A stretch of 64,000 nt of DNA from Malacoraja senta (lineage: Eukaryota): the NCBI GenBank assembly GCA_038087875.1, contig CM075989.1, positions 14,572,001 to 14,636,000 on the forward strand, read 5' to 3'. Numbering within the stretch: the first letter of the stretch is position 1; each line of letters starts with the position of its first letter. A program made the translations under genes and the position numbers. This document shows, one piece after another, positions 14,420 through 26,700 of this stretch. Below the pieces are notes generated by a model, which saw nothing but the letters and a program-made list of their open reading frames with translations, was not told where the DNA came from and made no database searches.

Positions 14420-15500
14420 GTTTAGTTTAGAGATACAGCACGGAAACAGGCCCTACGGCCCGCCGGGTCTGCGCCGACCAGCGATCCCCGCACATTAACG
14501 CTATCCTACACCCACTAGGGACAATGTTTACATTTACCGAGCCAATTAACCTACAAACCTGTACGTCTTTGTAGTGTGGGAGGAAACCGAAGATACACAA
14601 TAGACAATAGACAATCGGTGCAGGAGTAGGCCATTCGGCCCTTCGAGTCAGCACCGCCATTCAATGTGATCATAGCTGATCATCCCCAATCAGTACCCCG
14701 TTCCTGCCTTCTCAGCATATCCCCTGACTCCGCTATTTTTAAGAACCCTATCTAGCTCTCTCTTGAAAGCATCCAGCGAACCTGCCTCCACCACCCTCTG
14801 AGGCAGAGAATTCCACAGACTCACTCCTCTCTGTCAGAAAAAGTGTTTCCTCGTCTCCGTTCTAAATGGCTTACTCCTTATTCTTAAACTGTGGCCCCTG
14901 GTTCTGGACTCCCCCAACATCGGGAACATGTTTCCTGCCTCTAGTGTGTCCAAACCCTTAACAATCTTATATGTTTCAATGAGATATCCTCTCATCCTTC
15001 TAAACTCCAGAGTGTACAAGCCCAGCTGCTCCATTCTCTCAGCATATGACTGTCCTGCCATCCCGGGAATTAACCTTGTAAACCTACGCTGCACTCCCTC
15101 AATAGCAAGAATGTCTTTCCTCAAATTAGGGGACCAAAACTGCACACAATACTCCAGGTGTGGTCTCACTAGGGCTCTGTACAACTGCAGAAGGACATCT
15201 TTGCTCCTATATTCGATTCCTCTTGTTATAAAGGCCAACATGCCATTCGCTTTCTTCACTGCCTGCTGTACCTGCATGCTTACTTTCATAGACTGATGTA
15301 CAAGGACCCCCAGATCCTGTTGTACTTCCCCTTTTCCCAACTTGACGCCATTTAGATAGTAGATCTCGGAGAAAACCCACGCAGGTCGCGGGGAGAACGT
15401 ACAAACTCCGTACAGACAGCACCCGTGGCCAGGATCGAACCCGGGTCTCCGGCGCTGCATTCGCTGTAAGGCAGCAACTCTACCGCTGCGCCACCGTGAC
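14420..15500 (-). mobile_element. HE1-like SINE split by a CR1 insertion (CR1 at 14595-15360)
   Basis: SINE 3' half 14420-14594 and 5' half 15361-15500 rejoin at GAAACCGAAGAT|CTCGGAG with AGAT repeated at both junctions; the CR1 encodes KKANGMLAFI..VRPHLEYCVQFWSP. Confidence 0.85.
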
Positions 15501-17417
15501 CGTTGGAAAGGTAGGAAAATCTTTCAAAAACCTTTCATGATTTGGCAAAATCTCAAAGACTTTAATAATAACAACATTGATGAATATAACATCTTTAGTA
15601 AAGCGAGTTAGTATTCCCTGAAGCCCTTCATTGGAGCGTAATCAAATTTTAAAAATTGACCCACATTAAAAATGCTCAGCCACAGAATAAATTGTAAGGG
15701 AAGTAACCAAAGGCTTGTCAAGCAGATCATTATAAGGAGTTTAGACACAAAATGCTGGAGTAACTCAGCGGGACAGGCATCATCTCTGGAGGGAAGGAAT
15801 GGGTGACGTTTCGGATCGAGACCTATTTCAGACTGAGAGTCGGAAGGGGGAGACCACAGAGATAAGGAAGTGTAAGGTGTGAGAACGAGACATCAAAGGG
15901 GGTGGGGATCAAGGGAAAATGTAGAATAGATCATTGTTGGCTAGGAGAAGTTAACAAGAAAGCAAACAGATAACATGTAATCAGGGACAGTCAGGCTGGT
16001 TGAGGAACCAGAGAGCTTCACGAAGGGAATTACCAGAGTTTAGCTCAGAGTCTGGCTCTCAATGAGGCAGACAAGGGGCAGCGTGGGAGGAGCACAGGTA
16101 ATCAGGGATCTGTAGAGTACAGAGAGATTAGAGAGGGCAGAGAGTAGTGAAACCACTGAGAGATTTGAAAACAAGGGTGAGAATCCCACAGACAATTGAG
16201 AACTTTTGAAGTGCTGACAAAGGTACCAAATGTAAGGACACAACTGGTTCATAAGTAATTAGAAAGTTAGCACTAAATGCTTATGCATGGATTGCGATGG
16301 CCCCAACAAATAAATTTCCACCACATTAAATGTCGGCTGCTGTGGGTGATAAAGCAGAACAAGGCAGTGTTAAACTGGGCACTAAAAGTAATGGATTGAT
16401 AACAATCCAGGGCCAATTATGTTTTCCGAATAAACAAAATAGTACATTAGATCTTTCTAGAAACCACAAAAGGATCTTTGGCAATAAACTTGAGTCATGG
16501 GTTCAGATATATCTGGAAGTCCAAATGCCTCTGAATCTTTCTCCCATTGATTCACACTCACCTACACACCAAGATGTGCTGTTAGGTTAATTGGATATGT
16601 TAAACTACCTCTCACGATGGGTTAATAGCAACAACAATCAAAAGGGGAGATGTTTTGAACCTCTAAAGTGACGGCAAAATAATTTGTTGTCAGGAGATAT
16701 AACTCTGCAAGGCTATAATTGAGAAAGTGCTACAATTCCCTGTATGCAATACGAACAAGCTGATAATCAACCACCCAAGTAATTTATTTCACTGATCCCT
16801 GTCTGATGAAATATATTTTTGGTTTATGTTTAAATATGGCACAGGATTTCAGGTTGCTGGGGGAAGCAAGCAGGGTTGAGGGTACACTTAGGAAGGGTTT
16901 CGGCCCGATACGTTGCCTATCTCCTTCACTCCATAGATGCTGCTTCACCCGCTGAGTTTCTCCAGCATTTTTGTGTACCTTTGAGGGTACACTTCACTAG
17001 TTCACTTGGCCTTCGTTCCCATTCCTCCTCACATCCACTTCTCCTGGAATCCATGTATCAAAGCAATGCTTCCTACTTATTAATAAGCAGACCTTCATCC
17101 CTTTATTTATTCTCAATTCTACCAAAGGAAGATCAATAATGGAAGCAGCGCATGATGGAAGTCACAATCCTGTTGCTAAGCAGTGGGCGAGAGTGGCCTG
17201 CAGGTATCGATTATGTGGCGTAATGATAATTCACCACAAACCTGCATGTAAAATAAACATTCCTTTCATTCAACACCATCATAATTATAGTAAATAGGGT
17301 CAGGGAAATAAATCACTTGAGTGGTTGATTATCAGAAGCATTTGGACTTGCAAACATTTCCGAGCTCATGACTCAGTGTATTGTCTATGACCCTTTAATG
17401 GTTTCTAGGAACAGTAA

Positions 17418-17712
17418 CGGCACGGTGGCGCATGGGGTAGAGTTGCTGCCTGACAGCGCCAGAGACCCGGGTTCGATCCTAAGTATGGGTGCTGTCTGTA
17501 CGGAGTTTGCACGTTCTCCCTGTGACTGAGTGGGTTTTCTCCGGGTACTCCGGTCTCCTCCCAGATTCCAAAGACGTGCAGGTTCCAAGGTTAATTGGCT
17601 TCTGTAAAATTGTCCCTGGTGTGTAGGATAGAACCAGTGTACGGGTGATCGTTGGTCGGCATGGACTTTGTGGGCCGAAGGGCCTGTTTCCACTCTGTAT
17701 CTTTAAATCTAA
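17418..17712 (+). mobile_element. HE1-like tRNA SINE, near full length
   Basis: A-box-like GGTGGCGCATGGGG, B box GGTTCGATCC, central conserved block, CR1-derived tail. Confidence 0.85.
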
Positions 17713-19532
17713 AGAACAATCTAAGCAAGATTCAACGTGCAACTTGTAACAGAACTTGTATTCCATTCATTATTCCGACAAAAACCCTAATTATTTCCTT
17801 CACTGCCTTGAAATTGGGATGTGTGATTATTAGTGTAGGATGGCTTAAAGCAAGTTCTTTCGCCAACTGCCTTGCAGAGCTGTGGCCTCATTACCACACA
17901 AGACTGCCTGAAGCACTGGCCCTCTCTCACCCACAAACAGGAGGCTTGCATTTACAGTGCCCCTGTCAGAACCTCCAAAACCACTTGGTAGCCAATGAAG
18001 TAGTCACGAAGTGTGATTGCTGATGTACGTATGTAGAGTGAGCAGCTACCTCACAACTCCAGTGACCAGCCCCAATATCCTGCCCTCAAGACGCTGTCTG
18101 TCCCTGCACTCACAACAACCGGGACCTGAAAATGGTGCCAATCTGATGACTCTGTATGTTGTCTCAGTGTACTACCCTTGTACTGTATCTGAGACGCTTA
18201 TCTAATAAGTATCTAAGTGCTGATGTATAGTGATACTGGTACTGAACTGTATACATAAATACATTTCACTGAACCTCAGTACACGTGACAAATAAGGCAC
18301 CTTACCATGGAGTTTGCACCTTCTCCCCGTGGCTGTGTAGGATTCCTCTGGCTGCCCCCCGTCTCATTCCAAAGGTGCGCCTGTAGTTGTGTTGGCCCCT
18401 GTTGGTTAGGTGGCAGGAGAATTAGGGGGGATTTGAGGAATATTGCGCAAGGAGGGAGATGTGGAAGAATGGGACGGATGGGTATGTTGAGAGCCAGCAT
18501 AGATTCAGTGGGCCGAACAACCTCCATCACAGTCACGAGGAAATAGGAAACCCTGGAAATATGGCTGCTGGTCGGACAAAAGATACTCTCAAGGTGCACA
18601 AGGTGGTGTGAGAGAGATCATCTGTCTTTAGCATGTTGAATGAGGGCTGACTATGTGCTTGGATAACTGCCAAACGGTGTGTGAATATTTAATATTTCTA
18701 AGATTGAGTTGGTGCTAGTTACATTCAATGGTTCATCATTATCACATCTACAGAGGTACAGTGACATTATTTTCTCACACACAGTGCAGTAAAGTATTAC
18801 CATACCTAAGATCAATCCCCAATAAGTACAAAGTGCACGGAAATAGTCCACTGAGATCATATGCAAGGGTTTGGAGAAACTACTCAACAATTCTACTGCA
18901 CTTTACTAACACCAATATTACCCATGGTATTTTGCTTTATCTGTCACCCCACCAATTATTAATGAATGCAATAAAAGTCCTTTCCAGGCTTTAGTTTCGC
19001 AAAGTTTTTGCCATCTAATCACTCTAACTTTTTTTTCCCAATAAGCAATTAAAAAATACAACCATTATCCAAATATTTGGCAAAGTGGTATATTTATTAG
19101 AATTCACGAACAGCTAATCATGTTTTTTTTTCCTTCTGGCTTTTCTGCACGCTGTTTGAGGGCCAAACTTTTCTGAAGTGACCTGTTTTTAGTGTTGCTC
19201 CATATGGAAACAGGAGCCAGACCAACCCTGCGCCTATCCTACACTCTTCCCAATTATTCTCCCCGATTACTCATCACCTCCCCTTAGAACCTGCCTCTCA
19301 TCTACACGCTCAGGACAATTCGAAGAAACCGCAAACCCACAACCCGTCTGTCTCTGGGTTGTGGAGGAAACTCACGGGGAGAAGGTGCAGAGTCGTCACA
19401 GACAGTGTCAGAGTTTGGGATTGAACCTGGGTTGCAGGGGCTTTGAGGCAGTGGATCTACCCACGGTGCCGCTGAGCCGCTGGTGAGGAAATTCCGATGC
19501 TCTACAAGGTGTAGTTACTGTGACAGACACAA

Positions 19533-20070
19533 AATCTGAGGAAAGACATTCTTGCCATAGAGGGAGTACAGAGAAGGTTCACCAGACTGATTCCTGGGAT
19601 GGCAGGACTTTCATATGAAGAAAGACTGGATAGACTTGGCTTGTACTCGCTAGAATTTAGAAGATTGAGGGGGGATCTTATAGAAACTTACAAAATTCTT
19701 AAGGGGTTGGACAGGCTAGATGCAGGAAGATTGTGCCCGATGTTGGGGAAGTCCAGGACAAGGGGTCACAGTTTAAGGATAAGGGGGAAATCTTTTAGGA
19801 CCGAGATGAGAAAAACATTTTTCACACAGAGAGTGGTGAATCTCTGGAACTCTCTGCCACAGAGGGTAGTTGAGGCCAGTTCATTGGCTATATTTAAGAG
19901 GGAGTTAGATGTGGCCCTTGTGGCTAAAGGGATCAGGGGGTATGGAGAGAAGGCAGGTACAGGATACTGAGTTGGATGATCAGCCATGATCATATTGAAT
20001 GGCGGTGCAGGCTCGAAGGGCCGAATGGCCTACTCCTGCACCTATTGTCTATGTTTCTATGTATCTATGA
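19533..20070 (+). mobile_element. CR1/HER1 LINE 3' fragment inserted in a Penelope-derived short element
   Basis: ORF 19599-19970 (CR1 ORF2 C-terminus) with CTATGT-type tail; flanks AGACACAAAAT and AATAACTCAACAGATCAGGCAGCATC are two halves of the PLE terminus. Confidence 0.88.
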
Positions 20071-20556
20071 ATAACTCAACAGATCAGGCAGCATCTCTGG
20101 AGAAAAGGATGGGTGACGTTTCGGGTGGGAACCTTTCTTCACACTCAGTTCCATCACCTCCATCACGACAAGGCTAGATGGCTCCAATACCAAAATACAA
20201 CTGAAGAACACTTCTTACATCACCATCATTGACAGATATCCTTTATAAATCCCTCTGCAGAAGAGTTGCTGGAGTTGATCCCCACCTCCTCACCGTCACG
20301 TTTCTGTCTATACCCCTGGTCTCTGTGGTTACCATTATCCTAGATTTTGTTTTGATTGCCCGTTACACATACTAAACAACTCTCATACTCGCGTTCCAGT
20401 TGTAAACGCGCTTTGAAGAATATTTGTTGTTGTTGTTTCATTACCATCTTAAGCCTACAATTGAATTAAAATACATTCAGTCTTTCTTTACGCATTTTTA
20501 ATTAGTTGAATAGATTTTAATTAGAAATGGCAGAACTATTGTGAATCTTATTACAG

Positions 20557-20864
20557 AAACATTGCCATGTTTGCTTCCCATGCCTTTATGAGCAATATTA
20601 ATTCAAATTCATCAGCGACTTCTAAATTCTTTGTGCTCTCCAGTGTTGCCGGGAATAACGTGAATGATGGGATCGACTCATTCAGCAGCCTGGGTGAGTC
20701 GGGCATTGTCATGTCATTTAATTGCCCAGTCTTACCTCACGGTAAAGAAGAAGATTTAACTTGTCTATTATCTGAAATTAAATTGGAATCGATTTTTCTC
20801 ACAATTCACCAGAATACAGAATACAAGCAGGCTTCACTTGCCAGATTTTCCATAAGAAACAAAG
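20557..20864 (+). CDS. Candidate 308-bp internal exon of an unidentified host gene
   Basis: TTACAG acceptor, strong AAG|GTAAGA donor, 102 open codons in AT-rich non-repeat DNA (NIAMFASHAF..GESGIVMSFNCP..ASLARFSIRNK); protein not recognised. Confidence 0.4.
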
Positions 20865-22585
20865 GTAAGAGTATAGCTAAGGTATATGGATAGGGAAGGT
20901 TTCGAGGGATTAGGGCCAGATAGAGGCAAATGGGATTTGAGTAGATTGGTACCTTGTTGTGCATGGACAAGTAGGCTGAAGAGCACTGTTTCTGTACTGA
21001 ATGACTCGTTGAATCTCAACCTATTGCTGCCCTTGAGCCCTGCTATCATTCACTGTCTACTCTTTCACCTCAGTACCACTTTCCTGCACTAACCCCACGC
21101 CCCTGGCTCTAAATATTCAGTGACTATGGATCAATGGATAACTCTGGATCAATGGATAGCTCAGAAATGTTGTGTTCAATGGATATTTTTAAGGTAGAGA
21201 TAGAGAGATTCTTGATTAGTACGGGTGTCAGCGGTTATAGGGAGAAGGCAGGAGAATGGGGTTAGGAGGGAGAGATAGATCAGCCATGGTTGAATGGGGA
21301 AGTAGACTTGATGGGCCGAATGGCCGAATTCTGCTCCTATCACCTACGACCTTATGACTAGGCATCCACAGTCCTCATGGGTAGAGAAGTCCAAAGATTC
21401 ACTACATATTGGCTCAAATATCTTCCTACTGCCATCTTCAATGACTGATCCCGATTTTGTGACTGTGACCTATGGGTCCTACAGTATCTCATAATCACTC
21501 CACATCAATGGTTCAATGGTTCTTTATTATCACATGTACCAAGCATCGTTTGAATGACATGATAACTAATATTTAATTAAATATATATAGTTATCTAGCT
21601 CTATAACTATAATGGCAGCTATATTTTGGGTAGATAAAAGCCGGTGGCAATATAACTGTCTAATGTATTCAGAGCTATTCCGAGACAACGTGGAGATTCA
21701 CTGACGTCACAGTCCCGCATTAACCTGCTGCCTATGTTGTGTCTACTCTTCCTGCAGTGCCCAGACCATTAAAAAAGGTGCTGACTTGGCACACTCATCA
21801 CTTCCCTCACCTGGTCAACCCGCCAGGATTTTGTAGTCACTAATCAACAAATAACAATCAGCGCTGATTGAATCCTGTTCCTTTGCTTAATTAGATTAAA
21901 TGGAAATCAAAAAGATGCAGATGCTGGAAATCTGATATCAATATGATGAAATCTGAAATCGACGTGATAAAAACTGAAATCAATGTTTCCGAGCTGAACC
22001 ATGAACTTGTTTCTCTTTCCGCAGATGCTGCCTGACCTGCTAAGTGTCTCCAGTGTCTTCTGTTGTTTCTTGCATCTTCTTGCCCTGTGGGGATCAGTTG
22101 ATTCAACACTGGACTTTGTACAGCTTCTTCATACAATGAGCTGGAAAAGTGGAACAGTATGTAGTGTCAATGTTAGTGCAGCTAATGTTACTAATAACTA
22201 GGGTACACAAAAATGCTGGAGAAACTCAGCGGGTGCAGCAGCATCTATGGAGCGAAGGAAATAGGTAACGTTTCGGGCCGAAACCCTTCTTCAGACTGCT
22301 AATAACTAATTTGGCACAAATAATTCGCAGGTGTTCAAGGAGAAAATATAATTGCAAAGCTTGTGCAGGAGCTTACTGAATTGAAATAGCGGCTACATGA
22401 GGAACCAGTGAGGATTTTACTGCAGTGGAATTTTCCTCAGCAAGTCTAGCGTGAAAAAGACTTGACAATTGTCCATTGGTGCACTTTGCCATTCAACTTT
22501 CTAATATTATTGGAGAGAAAACATTTATATTAAGCATACATTTTTAGATTATAAAATATTAAAAAGTTGAAGGTTCAATGGAACC

Positions 22586-22681
22586 TTTTAAACCGGCCCC
22601 CCTCTCAAAGGCGCCAAAGTTGCGCACACGGCCAGTGACAGAACTGCACCGCCGCTGAAGGTAAGTTTTGTAACATACCTA
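22586..22681 (+). mobile_element. Right end of hAT-like DNA transposon (family of 32811-33850)
   Basis: Aligns to 33756-33850 and ends in the same CTGAAGGTAAGTTTTGTAACATACCTA. Confidence 0.8.
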
Positions 22682-23010
22682 CTCAGTATCTGCAAGATTT
22701 TCAGCTGTGAAGCCAGAAACCGTTATATTCACTGAGCAGATATTTTTTTGGACATTCGTTTACTAACAGAGGACATGAAATTTGAAAGGACGTTGGACTG
22801 ATTTCATATGGACTTATATTTGATTTGATAACTGGACTTAAATGATCGCCTTCATTTACAAGGAGGGGAAATACGTTGTGTCTAGAAGACTATCCTTACA
22901 GTCACCACTAGAGGGCTCTGCCCCTATATGGATGTTTTCGGGGAATCAGTCGGCGGCCATCTTAAAAGCCGACTTACTGGCTCGGTAATTATTGTCCGTC
23001 AAACACTACA
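22682..23010 (+). mobile_element. Gypsy-B 3' UTR, polypurine tract and short 3' LTR (22874-23010)
   Basis: Inverted copy of 28750-29079; PPT AAGGAGGGGAAA followed by a ~137-bp LTR ending ACACTACA. Confidence 0.7.
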
Positions 23011-23109
23011 GGAACGGGGTACTGATTGTGGATGATCAGCCATGATCACATTGAATGGTGCTGCTGGCTCGAAGGGGCGAATGGCCTACTGCACCTATTG
23101 TCTATTCTT

Positions 23110-23786
23110 CAGTCTGAAGAAGGGTCTCGACCCGAAACGTCGCCTATTCCTTCGCTCCATAGATGATGCCTCACCCGCTGAGTTTCTCCAGGTTTTTGTC
23201 TACCTTCGATTTTCACAGCATCTGCACTTCTTTCTTAAACATAGGAATCTGAGGGGTAACTTTTCCATACAGAGGGGGTTTATATGGAATGAGCTGCCAG
23301 AGGAGGTAGTTGAGGCAGGGACTATCGCTATGTCTAAAAGACACTTGGATAGGTACATGGATAGGACAGGTTTAGAGGGACATGGGCCATTGTGAGCAGT
23401 TCTGGATCCCACATCTGAGGAAGGATGTGCTTGGCACTGCAGAGGGTCCAGAGGAGGTTTACAAGAACGATCCCAATAATGAATGGGTTAATGTGCGATG
23501 AGCGTTTATCTGCATTGGGCCTGGACTTGCTGGAGTTTGGAAGAATGAGTGGGTGAGTTCCTCATTAAAACTTTCCCAAATAGTGAAAGGCTTGGATAGA
23601 GTGGATGTGGAGAGGATGTTTCCACTAGTGAGAGAGTCTCAGACCAGAGGGCACAGCCTCAAAATTAAAGGGCGTTCCTTTAGAATGAAGATGGGGAGGA
23701 ATTTCTTTAGTCAGTGGGTGGTGAATCTGTGTGACTCTGTGATTTCCCTCCCCCAGCCCTGCCTCCTCTCTCCCCTTGTCTCTATC
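23110..23786 (+). repeat. Partial copy of the 1.38-kb composite repeat unit
   Basis: Near-identical to 53892-54568; cut at CTATC by the Gypsy-A LTR. Confidence 0.85.
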
Positions 23787-26700
23787 TGTGGTATTATGGA
23801 ATAATAGTGTAAGGAATGCCTTTATTCTGCTGCCAGTGGTCAGGCTGCAGTGACGGCATCCGGCCTGAAGGTGGGGCTGTGGGCGTAACCGGGGAGGCCT
23901 AGGAGCAGGGCCTAGGGATGCAGCACGAGGCTGCTGCTGTACAGAGTTGCTAAATAAAGACAGACTCCGATTACGACGTTGTACGAGCCTCATTATAAGA
24001 ATAATTCGACATGGTGTCAGAAACGGGATACTTGTAAGCGAAAAAAAAAGAAGAAGAAGTGGAAAGTGTATCGTTTTGGCGGAGAAATGTGAGATGAGCT
24101 GGCAGATATGGGGCACCCTACACCAACTGCTACGTTCACAATACAACCTCCAGAGACATTCGATTTTACCAAGCCTCAAGAATGGGAGCATTGGATCAGG
24201 AGATTCGACCGCTTTCGGCTTGCAAGCAACTTAAACGCAACGTCGGAAGAAAACCAGGTGAACACGTTCGTGTATTGCATGGGCGATGAAGCCGAAAATG
24301 TGCTAAAGGGGCTAACGCTAACTGCAGATGAGAGGAAGATGTACACGGATGTCAAGGCGGGCTTTGATGCATTTTTTGTGCCTAAAAAGAATGTAATCTA
24401 CGAAAGAGCCAAGTTCAATCAGCGTGTGCAACTGCCAGGAGAAACGGTGGATTCCTTCATCACTGCTCTATATGGATTAGCTGAACACTGCAACTATGGA
24501 CAGTTACAGAACCAGCTGATCCGCGACAGGTTAGTGGTCGGGCTGAGAAACGTCTCATTGTCAGAAAAGCTACAGCTAGACAGAGACCTAACCCTTGGAA
24601 CTGCGATAACAAAGACAAGGCAGTCTGAAGAAGTTAGACGACAGCGGTCTGACTTAAGAGGAGAAAATGGCGGTGCTAGCAAGTGCTCTAATGTTGATGC
24701 TGTGCATGCTAAAAGCTACAGAAAACCCAAATGTCCCTCAAAGCCTCAGCCACAAGCACAAACACCAGGCAAAAATAAACGTAATACACGGCCACAGCCA
24801 GGTTCAAAGGCCTGTTATAGATGTGGAAAAATGCCCTCGCATGGAAAATGGGAATGCCCTGCTAAAGATGCTGTGTGTCACAACTGTGGCAAAAAGGGAC
24901 ATTATGGCAAAGTGTGCAGAAACAGTGCAAAATCTCTGAATGCTGTCACTACAGAGGAAGAAGAGAGCTTTTTCCTGGGAGCCGTGGATGCTGGAAAAGA
25001 CCCGTGGACGGAGCAGCTACAAGTGAGACAAAAAAAAGTGTGCTTTAAAATAGACACTGGTGCTGATGTCACCGTCATGCCAGCCGAGGTGTACCATGAC
25101 ATTACAGGGGGGCATGATGGGAAGCGCCTGGCTGTGTCGACACGCCCGTTGTTTCGGCCAGGGGTCAATGCACTCTCTGTCCTAGGTGTAGCCAGAGAAA
25201 CACTGCGCAGAGGCAAAAAGACAGCCATAGAGAACATTTCTGTAGTAAAAGACCTGCACACTGCACTGTTGGGAAGGCCTGCAATAGAACAGCTTCAGCT
25301 TGTGTGCAGGGTTGACAGCATCACCATGGAATCAGTGAAACAACAATATCCGAAGCTGTGTAGCGGCTTGGGTCTTGTTCTGAGGCCATACTCAATTAAA
25401 TTAAAGCCAGAGGCTGTGCCCTTCTCTCTCCACACACCACGCAGAGTCCCTCTGCCGCTTATGGGAAAAGTGAAGGAGGAGATAGACCGTATGGAGAAGA
25501 TGGGCGTAATCACCAAGATTGAGGAGCCGACTGATTGGTGTGCCGGGATGGTGGTGGTGCCGAAAAAAGAAGGTGATGTTCGCATTTGTGTGGATTTCAC
25601 AATGATGAATGAATCAGTATGCAGAGAAAAGTTTATCCTGCCTTCTGTCGAGCACACTCTGGGCATGCTAGCTGGCGCAACAGTCTTCAGCAAATTAGAT
25701 GCCAACATGGGCTTTTGGCAAGTACCATTGACAAAAGAGTCTGCCAAATACACCACCTTCATCACGCCTTTTGGGCGCTACTATTTTAACCGTCTACCCT
25801 TTGGCATAGCATCAGCCCCCGAGCACTTTCAAAGGATGATGGTGACAGAAGTGACCGGTGGCCTGGAGGGGGTACTGTGTCACATGGATGACATCCTAGT
25901 CTGGGGACAGACGCAGGAGGAGCATGATGTGCGGCTACATGCGGTGCTAGAGAAGGCACAAAAGGCCGGCATTACGCTCAACATGGACAAATGTGAGCTC
26001 ACACGCCACACAGTCGGATTCCTGGGTCATGTGATTTCAGCAGATGGAGTGAAGCCAGATCCAGAGAAGACGAGAGCAGTAGAAGAGATGGATGCACCCA
26101 AAAATGTCAGCGAACTCAGGAGTTTTCTGGGCATGGTCAATCAGCTGGGCCGCTTCTTGCCTAACCTGGCTGAAAAAGACAAAGTGCTACGAGACCTGCT
26201 GTCCAAGAAGAACCACTGGCACTGGGGGACAGAGCAGCAGGCCGCCTTTGATCAGTTAAACACAGAGCTGTCATCCACACCAGTGCTCACATTCTACAAC
26301 CCAAACAGTGCTCTAAAGATCTCTGCTGATGCCTCTTCCTTTGGCCTGGGGGCAGTCCTGCTGCAGAAGAGCGATGCCATGTGGTCACCTGTGGCATATG
26401 CGTCCAGGTCAATGACGCCAACAGAGCAGCGCTATGCTCAAGTAGAGAAGGAGGCATTGGCTGCAACGTGGGCATGTGAAAGGTTCAGCTGTTTCATCCT
26501 GGGAAGACCATTCGAGCTGGAAACTGACCATAAGCCGTTGGTGAGTCTGCTGGGAAGGAAAGCTTTGGATGACCTCCCACCAAGAATCCAAAGATTTAGG
26601 ATGAGACTCATGAGGTACAACTATACAGTGAATCATGTCCCTGGCAAAAGCCTGTGGACAGCCGACACCTTATCTCGTGCTCCTCTGAGAGCCGCAAGAG

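Noticed and set aside
9332..15296. Antisense ORFs over CR1 copies (174 aa and 122 aa)
   Set aside because: Recurrent open frames on the reverse strand of CR1 ORF2, with no independent evidence.
17418..17490. tRNA gene
   Set aside because: A/B boxes belong to a SINE head that continues into the SINE body; no complete cloverleaf.
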